This document shows positions 20,901 to 32,969 of a stretch of 64,000 nt of DNA, in pieces. Below the pieces are notes generated by a model, which had not been told where the DNA came from, did no database searches, and saw nothing but the letters and a program-made list of their open reading frames with translations. Made by a program: the position numbers and the translations under genes. Numbering within the stretch: the stretch's first letter is position 1; each line of letters begins with the position of its first letter. Source of the DNA: a virus (Duplodnaviria > Heunggongvirae > Uroviricota > Caudoviricetes). The stretch lies in the IMG/VR virus record IMGVR_UViG_3300043009_000101; one strand, written 5' to 3'.

Positions 20901-23900
20901 TCAATAGAATAGTACGGTACGTAAATCACATCTATTGTTTGGTCTGACGTAATGGATGCAAATTTATATGAGGATTCATAAGTTTCAGAAGAAACTGAGG
21001 AATCATTTACTTTTACAGATTCCAAATAATAACCATCTTTTGCAGAATAAGTTATTGTTTTTGTTAAAGGTTGTTTCTGATTTATAACAGAAGCTGTTAT
21101 TATTCCATTTTCAACAGATGTTTTTATAGAAACATACTTCTTATATACTACGGCAATAGTATGACTGCCTGTTACATTAGAAAATGTGTAGGAATCAGCA
21201 TAAGTTGTACTTGAAACGGAAGAACCGTCTACTATAACAGAATCTAAATAATAACTATCATCTGTTGGTTCATACTCTATCGTCACAGAACTACCAGAAG
21301 TAACTGAGTCTAAGGATGGCGTAATTGTACCCCCCTGTTACAGAAGTCTGTATGCCGGAATATGGTGCATAGGTAACTTCTATTGTCTGGTTAGACGTTA
21401 TATTTGAAAAAGTATAAGAACTAGCATACGTAGATGTAGATACCGCTGCACCATTTACTTGCACAGACAACAAATAATAAGAAGAATTTTTTGGTGAATA
21501 AGTTACAGTTTTAGAACTACCTGATTTAATTGCACTATCCGTATCTGTAATTATACCATTTGAAACATTAGTATTAACAGATAAATATTTTGTACATACC
21601 ACTTCTATAGTATGATTTGCAGACACAGAAGAAAATGTATATGCACTAGCATAAGTTGTTAATGATACAACAGAACCATCTACTTTAATGGATGAAATAT
21701 AATAACCTTCATCCGCAGAATAAGTTATCTTAGCAGTATCCCCTGCTTTTAATGTAGTTGATGAACCCGAAATCGTACCATGTGTAATGCTCGCTGCCAC
21801 AGTATAATAAGGAGCATACTCTACTTCTATTGACTGGTCTGATGTTACAGCAGAAAACTTATAAGTGGAAGCATAAGTTGTTGTAGACACCGCTGAACCA
21901 TTCACCTTAACTGATGCTAAATAATAAGCCGCAGTATTCTGTGGTGTATAAGTAATTGTTGTTGTTAATGGTTGCTTCTGCTTTGTCAGAGAAGAAGTAA
22001 TTGTTCCATTTGTTGCAGCCGTAGTTATAGAAACATACTTTTTATACACAACAGAAATAGTCTGATTTGAAGTAATATTAGAAAAAGTATAGGAATCAGC
22101 ATAACTCGTTGTAGAAACGGAAGAACCATTTACAGTTACGGAATCAAGATAATAACTACTGTCAGTTGGTGCATACGTTACAGTCTGTGAACCCCCAGAT
22201 TTAACAGTAGAAGAAGTAGGTGTAATTGTTCCGCCTGTAACAGTAGCTGCTACAGTTAAATATTTTGTAAATACAACAACAACTGTGTGGTTAGCTGTTA
22301 TATTTGAGAAAGTATATGAATCCGGGTAATTTGTTAGGTTAATTGTGGTTCCGTCTACTTTTACAGAGGACACGTAATAACCTGTAGATGGCTCATATGT
22401 AATTGTTTTTGATGCACCTGATTTTAGTTGTGTATCTGATACTGTTACTGTACCTGAACCTGTTTTAGATGTAGTTACAGAATAATATTTACTACATGTT
22501 ACCACAACAGTATGATTAGCAGCAACATTGGGAAAGGCAACAGAATTATTGATTATATTACCAATCTGTTCTACATCATCTACTTTTACAGAAGATACGT
22601 AATAACCTGAATTCGGTGTGAAAGTTACTGTTTGTGTGCTACCAGCTGCAACTGTACCTGTTGTAGGCGTAATTGTTCCGTTTGTAATAGATGTGGTTAA
22701 AGTATACTCCGTTGGTGCAGCTACAATATCGTCCTCAATAATTTCAACGGTAGCTTCATTAGTAGATACGCCTGTAACAGAACTAGTTACAGTTGGATTC
22801 CAATCAACAAATCCAGTGGCATACGTATATTTTCCTGATGGCTCACTAGGAGACGTCATATTAATCAAAGCATATACCGTACTATCAGCAGGTACTGTTG
22901 CTGCAGAACCACTTGCTGTATTCAACTTAATAGCGATACCTTTTATGTTTTCTTTAGATACAGAATTTGAATAGGTCAGCCAACTATTTGTTGTATCAGT
23001 TAATAAGTTTGGAGCAGAACTTGTAGTATAATAAATTTTTGGTGTATAACCACCACTTATTAATGCGGAGGTATCTATACCTGTACATACACCGTTCCAA
23101 TTGTTTTTAGCAGCAGTATTAAAGTATGCATAAAGAACAACATCTGTCATAGCAGTACCACTTGTTGTACCCATAACTTTATACGTATAATTAGAATCTT
23201 TGTTTGTTGTTGCTTTGGAAGCATAGCCTAATGTTTGAGTACCTGTTGCTAATAAGGTTGCACCTAATTGACTTGAATAAGAATAAGTTATTGTTTTAGT
23301 TGTTGTAAGACAGTAAGAATCTTTATCAAAAACACCATTTGAATCTAAATCTAATGGCTCTGTTGTAATAGGTGCTATTTTATACGTAGAATTATCATCA
23401 TTTATATATGGTTCTGTATATGTTCCTTTTACACTACTGTATGTAGTCAAGGTGGTTGTTAATTTATTACTTACAAGCATACTTTTTAAAACATCTTTTT
23501 CAACAGTAACAGGCACATATATATATCTGGATAATAAGTTGCTTTCCCAATAGATTTTGTATTTAAAGGATTATCTGTAAAATCCAAATAAGCAACTACA
23601 TAATTTTTACCGTCTTTAGTTTGCAACTCTTTTTTAAAATAATTAGGCAATTCAGCGTATGTCAAAGATGTACCATCTTTTAAAACATATCTGGTAGAAC
23701 TCGTAGTAGTAGGTTTCTTCATGTAAACATCAGAAATATTTACGGAATACCCGTCTGGTATTTCAAAACAAACATAAATTCTATCTATATAATCATTTTT
23801 AGCTTGCTTAAAATGTATAATTGGATAAGATATAAAATTAAAAGTACACTCACCCGTCTCACTATTGGAAGTAGCATTAGAAATAGAATTGTAAGATTGA

Positions 23901-25780
23901 ATAAATAATAGACTACTTAAAAACCTAACAGAACCTATACTCCTATAGATTGTACTACCATAAAGAGAAGTATCCCTTGCATTAACCAAACTTAACACAG
24001 AAGAATCCCCATCACTGGTTTTGTACATAGTAGTAGGCATAGCTGTAGTTGTATTTGCTTTATACGCACTCATACCCCAGCAGAAATAGACTTTGGAATC
24101 AGCAGCATAAGAATTTGCAAGTAAAATATCAAAACTCATAACCTGTCTGCCAGAACTTGTTATCGTGCTATTTAAACCATAATACTTATACTTAATAGCT
24201 ACAACTTTCTTACTACTCAAATCAATACAATAACCTTGTACTCTGCTTAGACCCTCCTGTGTTTGTGAAGTCAAATCAGTGTCTGGCAAAAACAGAGTGT
24301 ATTCAGATGCACCTGCATATCTCACATATAACTCCATATTATAGTCACTTGTAGTCTGCTTTGTATGAAAAACTGTTTCTCTAACGCCGTTTGTTGTAGG
24401 CATACTTTCGGAAATATATGCGGCTGTGATAGTGTAATCGCTATCTGTCAAAATATGCTGCGTGGTATCCGTAGCATAAACAGTGTCCATATAAGTTTCC
24501 ACATCAATACTCGTACCAGTATAACTAAATAAAAGAGATGTCTTATTAACTGCGGAAGCTTCATTTTGCTGCACAGCAACATTTGCTTCTACATTCACAG
24601 CATTTGCATCTTGTGCTAAAGTCAAAGTTTTATTTGCAGACAAAATATGGCTACTTGCTGTTACTGTAAAGGTATTACTGCATATATCCTCCATTGTATA
24701 TGTATCATATCCCCAATAAGCACCTCGAATTTTACCAGTAAACGTTATTGTACCACTTGTTGTGGTAGTGACTGCAAAAATACCTCTAAATAAATCACCA
24801 GAATTGTTACAACTATTAATTTTTATTGTAACAGAACCATTTGTCGGCGTATACTTTACTTTATTGTAATAATAAACAATATTACTATCACTGCTTGTCA
24901 AAGTAACTTCCGTAGCATAATTTTCATAGGCACTAGCATCTGTTATACCCCGAACCCAACCAGAAGAGCAACTACCGTTCACTATTACATTAGATTGTCT
25001 TGGCGTTGTCATATATGCATAATTTAAAACACCATGTGTACCGTTTAAATTTGTAGATATAGCATTCTCATGTTGTATAATCTGAAAAACACTTTTTCCT
25101 ATATAATCTCCTTCTGGTAAATAATCTGTGGTGGAAACACTTTCCGTAGTAATCTTTCCTGTGTAGCTGCGTTTAGAACGAGATACTACTAAATCCACAC
25201 TTTGAGTGACAATTACTTTATCATTTACAAGCATATCTACTTTATAAGTGTAAGTTTTGTCTTTTAAATACTGCACATAATTTTGCATCTGACTAGACGC
25301 AAAATTTAAAGATAAAGCAATTGTACCCTCTGCTGCACTGCCGGATGAATACGACTTTTTAGATGCCTCTAAACAATATCTGTCTGTTGTTCCAACTAAA
25401 CTTCCTTTAAAATTCGTATCTGTTAAAGGTGTAACATCAAAGAAAGCGGTATCGCCATAATCTGTAAGATTCATACCTGTGTATGTTTCCGATGCGGAAT
25501 ATACTCTAAAGGCTAATTTTCCAGCGGATAGGCTACTGCTTAAACTAGAATTGCTATAGTCTACCACTAGGGAGTATGCATCAGATGTATTTACAGATGT
25601 TGTTACGCTACTGGTATAAGTGGAGTTCTGATACCAGTTTACTTTCATCTGCCAACCATTGCTGCCACTCACATAGCTATTTGCTGTGCTTGCTTCTGCT
25701 GTTGCGGAACTGCCTGAATGCAACGAACCTAGCAAAAGTGGTATGCCTACAAGCAAAATCTTTTTTAATTGCTTTCGCAT
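17927..25780 (-). pseudogene. Giant (about 2620 aa) repeat-containing surface protein gene split into 3 ORFs by two frameshifts at simple-sequence tracts
   Basis: ORFs 23486..25780 (signal peptide plus N-terminal domain), 21291..23516 and 17927..21286 align collinearly with the intact paralogue 25941..31103. Breaks fall at (AT)5 23507-23516 and G6 21330-21335. Confidence 0.7.
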
Positions 25781-25940
25781 AACTATTCCTCCTATTCATA
25801 CAATATACAAAATTATTCTGTTTTAAGTATATTGTCATATCATTTCATTCATTTGGCAAATATTACGGAAAAAATATACTATAAAACATCAAACTAAAAC
25901 AAAAGGAATGCTATAAAGCATTCCTTTCTTCTTTAACAAA

Positions 25941-28900
25941 TTACTTTGTTTGTTTCTTCTTCTTTCGCTTTTCTAATGCAAGAATACCCGCTGCACTAGC
26001 ACTAAGAACTAAAGGAGTAATGGATTCAGATACGCCTGTGCCCTTTTTGCTTTGGGAAGCTAACACAGGTGCTAATGGTTCCAATGTTTCTTTTGTTACA
26101 ATGTCTTTGTAAATAATCTCAACTTGCATATCTGCTTGCATATTATCTATTACTATTTGATTATTTGTAGGTGTAATATCTTGTTCCATACCATCATAAT
26201 ACACAGATTGGAATACAAAACCATCTTTCGGTGTGATAGTAAGTGTTACATATTCACCACGCTTAATAGTATTAGTATTAGAAGCTTCTACATCACAATT
26301 TTGTGTTAAAACATTCAAATGTAAATACTGAATATAATCAGCAGTAATTGTATGTGAGGCATCAAGATTCTGGAATGTATACCCGTTTGTATATGAGTCT
26401 ACGGATACATCTTCACCATCTATCTGCAAGCTATCTAAATAATAATCTTCATTTGGCTCATATGTTACAGTATAATCATCTCCAAAATGTAATTTGGTAT
26501 TTGTATCTGTTATCTGTCCATTTGTAGAAGCTGTATCTACGGTTAAATACGGGAGATATTCAACATTTATCGTATGATTTTCTGTAATATTCTCAAATGT
26601 ATAAGAAGAATTATACGTTGCAGTCATAGCTTGTGTATCCTCAGCAGCATTTACTTCAAGTATATTTTCGGAAAGTATGCCACTTGCAGTATTATCAGTT
26701 AAATCTGATGCAATTTCTACGGGTTTACCGTCTACAACAACACTATTTAGATAAGAATCCGTATTAGGAGCATAAGTTACTTGCACAGTATCCCCTTTGC
26801 GAACTTTTGTTACAGTATCTGTAATTGTTCCATTCTTTACTTTTGTTGTAATTGTCTTAAAAGGCTCATATATCACTTTTAATTGATGATTACTATTCTC
26901 AATAGAAATGGCTACGGTATCTTGCTCTGTATCTTTTAAAGTTGCTGTTATATCTGTACCATCTAATGTTGCAGAAAGCAAATAACAATTCTCGTCTGGC
27001 TCTATCATTACAGTATAAATACCTGTACCTTCACACTGAGAAGAAGATTCTGTAATTTTACCATTTGTGGCTTCTGTGTTTACTGCATAATAAGGCAGAC
27101 ATTCAACAGTAATAGTCTGGTCTTCCGTAATATTTGTAAAAGTATACGTATTAGAATCTTCATTAATCGGAATATCTTTTGTATTTACTTTAATTGAGGC
27201 AATATAATATCCTTCGTCTGCTGAATAAGTAATATCATGATTTGTTCCTTGCTTTTGATTATAAATAGAAGGAGTTATCTGCCCGTTTTTAACATCGGTA
27301 ATAATAGAAACATATTTCTTATATACAATATCTATTGTATGACCTTCTGTTATATTTGTAAAAGTATATGCATTTGCATAAGTATTCTTATCTACGGCTG
27401 CACCATCTACGGTAACGGAATCCAAATAATAATTTTCGTCTTGCGGTATATATTCTACGGTAGCGGAAGAACCTGACGTAATATTAGATGTATTAGATGT
27501 TATTGTACCACCTGTGATTGTAGCTTGTATACCTAAATATTCTGTAAATACAATATCTACTGTGTGATTCTCTGTAATATTATCTAACTTATAAGAATTA
27601 GGGTATTTTGATAAATCAACTAACACACCATCAACTTTTACAGAAGATACATAATACCCGCTGGCTGGTGTATATTCAATCGTTTTAGAATCACCACTTT
27701 TTAATTCTGCATCAGATTCTGTTACAGTACCTGAGCCTGTTTTAGCTGTAATTACTGAAAAATAAGGCTCGCATGTAACGTCTACAGTATGATTTGCATC
27801 AATATTCGTAAATGCCAAAGTATTATTTGTGATAGTTGCAATCTGCTCTACATTATCTACTTTTACAGAAGATACATAATACCCTGACTTTGGTGTAAAT
27901 GTTACAGTTTTAGTATCGCCTGCTTGCACTACACATGTTGTTGGTGTAATTGTTCCATTTGTAATAGATGTTGTTAATGTATATTCCTTTTCTATATCAT
28001 CAGCAAACATTTCAACGGCAGCCTCATTGGTAGATAAGCCTTTGATATCACTAGCTACGGTTGGCTTCCAGTCAATGAATCCTGTTGCATAGGTGTACTG
28101 CCCTTTAGGTTTACTAGGTGAAGTCATATTTATTAATGCATAAAAAGAATTCCCTGCTGCTACATTTGCGGATGTACCACTGGAATTATTCAATTTTATT
28201 GCTATTCCTTTGATTTCAGATTTTGTAACTGATTCAGAATATGTATCCCATTTATTAGAGGAATCAGACAATAAACCTGGCGAATCACTTGTTGTATAAT
28301 ATATCTTTGGCGAGTATCCCGCACTTTTCAATGCAGATGTGTCTACGGAAGAGAATGTACCTGTCCAATCATTTTTGGAGGAAGTATTAAAGTAAGTATA
28401 GAGAGCTACGTCTGTCATCTCTACTCCGCTTGTTTCACCAATGATTTTAAATGTGTAATTAGAATCTTTATTTGTAGTACTTTGTGTTGCATAACCTAAT
28501 GTCTGTGTTCCTGTTGATAATAAAAGGCTGTTAATTTGAGTGGAATAAGAATATGATATAGATGTATTATATGTTTTTTTGGCAGCTATATAATTTGTTA
28601 GACCATCCCCGGCTACGTCAAAAGGTTCTTCTACAAAATTCCCCTCCGCACCTAAGGTACTGTATTTTGTATCTGGAATATCCTCCACCAAACTCAGATA
28701 GGTATCTATATTGATATTCACTTTATTATCTTGAACAATATCTTTCAAAACTTGAGAATCAGCAGACAAAGTGAAACTAATATCACCTATTGCTATTACT
28801 TCAGTACATTTTGCAGTATCAATAGGATTCTCAGAGAAATCAAAATCTACTATTAAATAATTAAAAGAATCTTGGTTATACACCTTATACGTTATATAAT

Positions 28901-31103
28901 TACTTATTGTATCCTTATTAACTATGGTACCGTCCCTTAGATATATTTTATCATTGTTTCCTGCATACATATAACTAATACCACTATTTAAAAACTCTAT
29001 GCCTGCCATATTTACCGAGAAATCTTCGGGTATAGCATAATACAAGTATAAATGCTTAATGTAATTACTTTTTGATTTACGCAAATCCAACGAAAAAGCT
29101 GTACTTACTGGTACATTTAAAGAACCAGTAGCTGTATCAATATAACTAATAGATTCAAATGGGTCATAATAATCTGCATGAAGTATACCATACAACCCTA
29201 CGGATAGAGATGCATCTAATATATTTGTAACATACGTAGTATCTGCTAGACTTCTAAATCTATATTTACCATAAGTTGTCATATCGTATTGCATTACTAA
29301 CTTTGTTAACTCTGTATTCTCAAAATTAAGGGACGTTATATTCGCCAGTAAAGAATCATCTGTACCAGTTTTGTACATATCCGCATAATAACTAAAATAC
29401 ACCTTGGAATCCTCTAACAATTCCTTTTTCAACTGTGCATCTACCCCAACACCAAAAGAACTAGATAAACTTTTAGACAATCCAATAAGTTTAAATTTAA
29501 CTGCAACAATATCTTCACTACTACTTAAAGCAATATATTTTAGACCAGTATGCTCCGTAGAAGTATTCCAGTTTTCGTCTAACCATAGAATATAATTAGA
29601 TGAGTCAGCATACTTTACATATATTTCAAAATTATAATCACTTGTATTATTTGTATGCAACTTAATAGCAGTCCTTTTTGCATCTGTTACGATATAAGCG
29701 TCCGCAAAATAAACACCTTTTATGGCATACTCTGTATTATTCAATTGTACCTGCGTACCATCTTGGTCTAGGCCATACATAGAATCCATACCTATCTCAA
29801 CGTCATAAGGCACACCTGTATAAGTTGTTGTAATACCTTTCTGGTTAGCATAGCCTATGCTATTTGTATTAATAGCCCTAGTTGAAGATGAATAATTCCA
29901 AAATTGTATACTACCTTCACCCGTAAAAACATACTTACTTGTATCCACAGTCAGAGTTTTATCATAAAGTGTGCTACGAGATGACATAGTATCATAGCCT
30001 AAGTAGCAGCCTGTAACTTTTACACCTAATTTCAAGGAACTACTAACTGTACTTGAACAAATATATAAATTAGGTACTAAATATTTAAAGGTTGAGTTAC
30101 TATTTGAAACTAGTTTAACAGTTATAATACCATTATTTACTGTATATTTTGTATCATTATAATAAATAAAATCATCCCCATCAAGACCAGTTATTGTTAC
30201 TTCGGGAGCATATTGTTCATATAAACTCACATCATTTAGACCGTATATCGCACCATAGCCTAGGGTATTACCCGTGCTGGCAGCCCCTTTGTTCTTGTAA
30301 AGTAAACTGTAATTCAAAGCACCATGTACACTGCTAGAATCCTCACCAAGTAATCCGTATAAATAAAAAATTGTTTTATTTGTATAATCACCCTCTGGTA
30401 AAGAATCTATGGATGCCTTATGTGTATAAAATGCTCTTGTACTATAATCAACATTCTCTCTATCTACTTGAAAGGAAACATCTTGTGTTGCATATACACT
30501 ATCTCCAATAAGTAATTGTACTGTGAAACTATATGTTCTATCTTTCATATAATTCGCCATTCTAAGAAACTTCATATCCCTAGTAATACCACTGGCTGGT
30601 TCAAACGAAAAAGACAATGTACCTATGGCAGCGTTACCACTAGTATATGATGTATTAGATGCCTCCAATGTATAACTATAATCATCTGCATATGTTCCCG
30701 TAAAATTATTATCTGTCAAAGTATTTACAGGATAATATACATTATCACCAAATACAGAACCTGTATAAGTATCATAAGGTGCCAATACTTTAATCTTAAA
30801 ATCTCCGGCTTTTATAGAACTACTTAATTTACTATTATTATAATCTACCACCAATGAGTATATGTCCGAACTTTCCAGTGAACTTGTTACGCTACTGGTA
30901 TACGAAGAATTTACATACCAATTCGCCTTAAGCTTCCAACCATCTGTGCCTGACACATAATCATTTGCGGATGTTGCATCTACAACCAATGAATCGGAAT
31001 TAGTACTAATATCTGCGTTAGTTGCTTTTCCCGTAGCAGCTAATGCCAGTAATACAGATACTATTGGTATGTACAGTTTGAATTTTTTTAATTTTCCCAA
31101 CAT
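25941..31103 (-). CDS. Giant cell-surface protein (1720 aa): signal peptide, ~950-aa N-terminal region, ~9 tandem ~80-aa beta-repeats, C-terminal hydrophobic anchor plus KR tail
   Basis: AAAGGAG RBS; N-terminus MLGKLKKFKLYIPIVSVLLALAATGKA; repeat consensus TITYxAxDGYYLxSVKVNGxxVSxxxYxxxYTFxNITxxHTIxVxY; C-terminus ...QSKKGTGVSESITPLVLSASAAGILALEKRKKKKQTK. Confidence 0.85.
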   Translation of the reverse strand: MLGKLKKFKLYIPIVSVLLALAATGKATNADISTNSDSLVVDATSANDYVSGTDGWKLKANWYVNSSYTSSVTSSLESSDIYSLVVDYNNSKLSSSIKAGDFKIKVLAPYDTYTGSVFGDNVYYPVNTLTDNNFTGTYADDYSYTLEASNTSYTSGNAAIGTLSFSFEPASGITRDMKFLRMANYMKDRTYSFTVQLLIGDSVYATQDVSFQVDRENVDYSTRAFYTHKASIDSLPEGDYTNKTIFYLYGLLGEDSSSVHGALNYSLLYKNKGAASTGNTLGYGAIYGLNDVSLYEQYAPEVTITGLDGDDFIYYNDTKYTVNNGIITVKLVSNSNSTFKYLVPNLYICSSTVSSSLKLGVKVTGCYLGYDTMSSRSTLYDKTLTVDTSKYVFTGEGSIQFWNYSSSTRAINTNSIGYANQKGITTTYTGVPYDVEIGMDSMYGLDQDGTQVQLNNTEYAIKGVYFADAYIVTDAKRTAIKLHTNNTSDYNFEIYVKYADSSNYILWLDENWNTSTEHTGLKYIALSSSEDIVAVKFKLIGLSKSLSSSFGVGVDAQLKKELLEDSKVYFSYYADMYKTGTDDSLLANITSLNFENTELTKLVMQYDMTTYGKYRFRSLADTTYVTNILDASLSVGLYGILHADYYDPFESISYIDTATGSLNVPVSTAFSLDLRKSKSNYIKHLYLYYAIPEDFSVNMAGIEFLNSGISYMYAGNNDKIYLRDGTIVNKDTISNYITYKVYNQDSFNYLIVDFDFSENPIDTAKCTEVIAIGDISFTLSADSQVLKDIVQDNKVNINIDTYLSLVEDIPDTKYSTLGAEGNFVEEPFDVAGDGLTNYIAAKKTYNTSISYSYSTQINSLLLSTGTQTLGYATQSTTNKDSNYTFKIIGETSGVEMTDVALYTYFNTSSKNDWTGTFSSVDTSALKSAGYSPKIYYTTSDSPGLLSDSSNKWDTYSESVTKSEIKGIAIKLNNSSGTSANVAAGNSFYALINMTSPSKPKGQYTYATGFIDWKPTVASDIKGLSTNEAAVEMFADDIEKEYTLTTSITNGTITPTTCVVQAGDTKTVTFTPKSGYYVSSVKVDNVEQIATITNNTLAFTNIDANHTVDVTCEPYFSVITAKTGSGTVTESDAELKSGDSKTIEYTPASGYYVSSVKVDGVLVDLSKYPNSYKLDNITENHTVDIVFTEYLGIQATITGGTITSNTSNITSGSSATVEYIPQDENYYLDSVTVDGAAVDKNTYANAYTFTNITEGHTIDIVYKKYVSIITDVKNGQITPSIYNQKQGTNHDITYSADEGYYIASIKVNTKDIPINEDSNTYTFTNITEDQTITVECLPYYAVNTEATNGKITESSSQCEGTGIYTVMIEPDENCYLLSATLDGTDITATLKDTEQDTVAISIENSNHQLKVIYEPFKTITTKVKNGTITDTVTKVRKGDTVQVTYAPNTDSYLNSVVVDGKPVEIASDLTDNTASGILSENILEVNAAEDTQAMTATYNSSYTFENITENHTINVEYLPYLTVDTASTNGQITDTNTKLHFGDDYTVTYEPNEDYYLDSLQIDGEDVSVDSYTNGYTFQNLDASHTITADYIQYLHLNVLTQNCDVEASNTNTIKRGEYVTLTITPKDGFVFQSVYYDGMEQDITPTNNQIVIDNMQADMQVEIIYKDIVTKETLEPLAPVLASQSKKGTGVSESITPLVLSASAAGILALEKRKKKKQTK

Positions 31104-31283
31104 TTTAGAATGTACTCCTTTCTTACAACTAAAATATTAGTTTCACTTAAGTAAATACAATTACTGTTTAATTTTAATCTCAAAAAATGCAAACTGCAAA
31201 CACACACAGGTCTAGCACTATACTTTATATAAAAATCATACTAGAAATAAAAAGGCAGCCTTTAGGCTTCCTTTTTATTTGTA

Positions 31284-31505
31284 TTAAGCAAAAATTGTAA
31301 TGTAAATAACTAAGGCAAAGAATGCAATAGCCAACAAATACGTGGTGATAACCATTACTTTCTCTGGCCCTCTATCTTTTGCAACTGCAAACAAGCTCAA
31401 ATCATTTGTTCCAGTAAATGCACCTGAGAATCCGTCTGATTCACCACTTTGCATCAACACAAGAACAATAATCAGTGCTGCTACAATCAGTAATACTGCT
31501 TCCAT
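31284..31505 (-). CDS. secG: Preprotein translocase subunit SecG
   Basis: 73 aa, two TM helices, LMQSGESDGFSGAFTG loop typical of SecG; AAGGAG RBS. Confidence 0.7.
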   Translation of the reverse strand: MEAVLLIVAALIIVLVLMQSGESDGFSGAFTGTNDLSLFAVAKDRGPEKVMVITTYLLAIAFFALVIYITIFA

Positions 31506-31519
31506 AATACCCTATCTCC

Positions 31520-32200
31520 TTATTCACTAAATAATTTATTATTAATTTTCTCAGCTGTAAAATCCATATCTGACGTTACAATCTGGGTGAATGTTTTATC
31601 ATCGTTAGTCACTGTTAAATCCACCATGGCCGCACCATTATCGAATGCTTTCTTAATGCCTTCTACAACGTCATCAGAATCTGCTTTTGTATACAAATCA
31701 CCGGATACAACCACACGAAATTGTGCGGCTTCTTTGTATTCGTCAAATGTCATACTTGGTTTTAATTCAGCGTTTGTACCTGTAATTGTACTAACTTCTA
31801 CAGATTCTGGAAAATAAGACTGAAACTCATCACTTACTTGTACAAGATATATGCTGTCAAGGAAGTTATCCTTGCATGTATCTGTATTGTAATAGTAGTA
31901 AACCATAAAGGAAATCATACCGTCTGCTTCATCATAACGAGAAGCTTCAGCCGTGTAGTTGTGGTATTTAGCTTCACCAGTATCGTATTTTGTAATATCG
32001 CTTAATTCGTATTCATCTTCAAAATTGTCAGACAAATATTGTTCTAATTTTTCTTTTGCTTCTTCTTCTGTTACTTCTGTTTCTACAATAGCAATATCTT
32101 CTTCCTCTTCGCTTGAATCAGAAGAGAAGAAAGAACAGCCAGCCATTGAAGTCAGTAATGTAAAGGATAAGACAGAAGCTGCCACTTTTTTAAGGTGCAT
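31520..32200 (-). CDS. Probable lipoprotein, acidic
   Basis: Signal peptide ending in the lipobox-like LTSMAGC; poly-Glu stretch. Confidence 0.65.
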   Translation of the reverse strand: MHLKKVAASVLSFTLLTSMAGCSFFSSDSSEEEEDIAIVETEVTEEEAKEKLEQYLSDNFEDEYELSDITKYDTGEAKYHNYTAEASRYDEADGMISFMVYYYYNTDTCKDNFLDSIYLVQVSDEFQSYFPESVEVSTITGTNAELKPSMTFDEYKEAAQFRVVVSGDLYTKADSDDVVEGIKKAFDNGAAMVDLTVTNDDKTFTQIVTSDMDFTAEKINNKLFSE

Positions 32201-32206
32201 AGATTA

Positions 32207-32944
32207 TTAACTTCCTTTCCTTGTTTTGATTGGAATACCCAGTTGCTTGAAAATAGGCTTCACTGGGCGGTCAAGGTCAAAAATTGCAACATATTGTTCC
32301 GTATTAGAATCATAAATGCAGCCCATTGGTATGTGCATTTGTATCAAGTCATGCATTGTCAACATTGCTGTCGTTTTGAGCATATCAGATAATTCCAATA
32401 CCGTGTAATTCTCTGGTAATTTATAAACTACGGTGTAAGAAATGAATTCGTTGTAAACAGGGCTTGCATTACAATCGAATGGTGCATCGTTCCAGTCATC
32501 ACCGTAATAATTTGTCGTAGCTTTGTTTCCGATATAGAAACGGACAAGTGAAGCACAAGTCTCCACATAGAGAAGTTTGTCCCCTTGATTGCCAATAAAA
32601 TCTCGGATGGGCAGTTCCTCGTTATCAGGCAATAGAATATACGGTTTTGTATAAGCTATTTTAGAGAACAAGGATTCAAAAACTTCTTTTGTCATTAGTG
32701 AAAGCTTCTTGCAATATTCCACATAGGTGTTCAAGCTTTCATCATAATAATTGATATCTATATAATCATCTGCATAAGCTGTTGTTAAGGATTCACAATA
32801 TGGAAACCTTGCATAAGCATCTTTGAGATAAATTGTACTCGTCCAATTCAATGTGATAGTTTTAGACTTACCGTTAGCAAAAGTAAACAGATAAGTAACT
32901 TCATCTATCTTTTGCACGGAATGTATGTAGGCTTGTGTTGGCAT
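32207..32944 (-). CDS. Hypothetical protein (245 aa)
   Basis: AAGGAGG RBS. Confidence 0.6.
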   Translation of the reverse strand: MPTQAYIHSVQKIDEVTYLFTFANGKSKTITLNWTSTIYLKDAYARFPYCESLTTAYADDYIDINYYDESLNTYVEYCKKLSLMTKEVFESLFSKIAYTKPYILLPDNEELPIRDFIGNQGDKLLYVETCASLVRFYIGNKATTNYYGDDWNDAPFDCNASPVYNEFISYTVVYKLPENYTVLELSDMLKTTAMLTMHDLIQMHIPMGCIYDSNTEQYVAIFDLDRPVKPIFKQLGIPIKTRKGS

Positions 32945-32969
32945 AGCTGCTTACCTCCTTATTGTATTG

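Noticed and set aside
18376-29595. Short plus- and minus-strand ORFs inside the giant surface-protein genes (18376, 20156, 22618, 26124, 27237, 29404)
   Set aside because: Antisense or out-of-frame artefacts inside long, clearly coding repeat genes.
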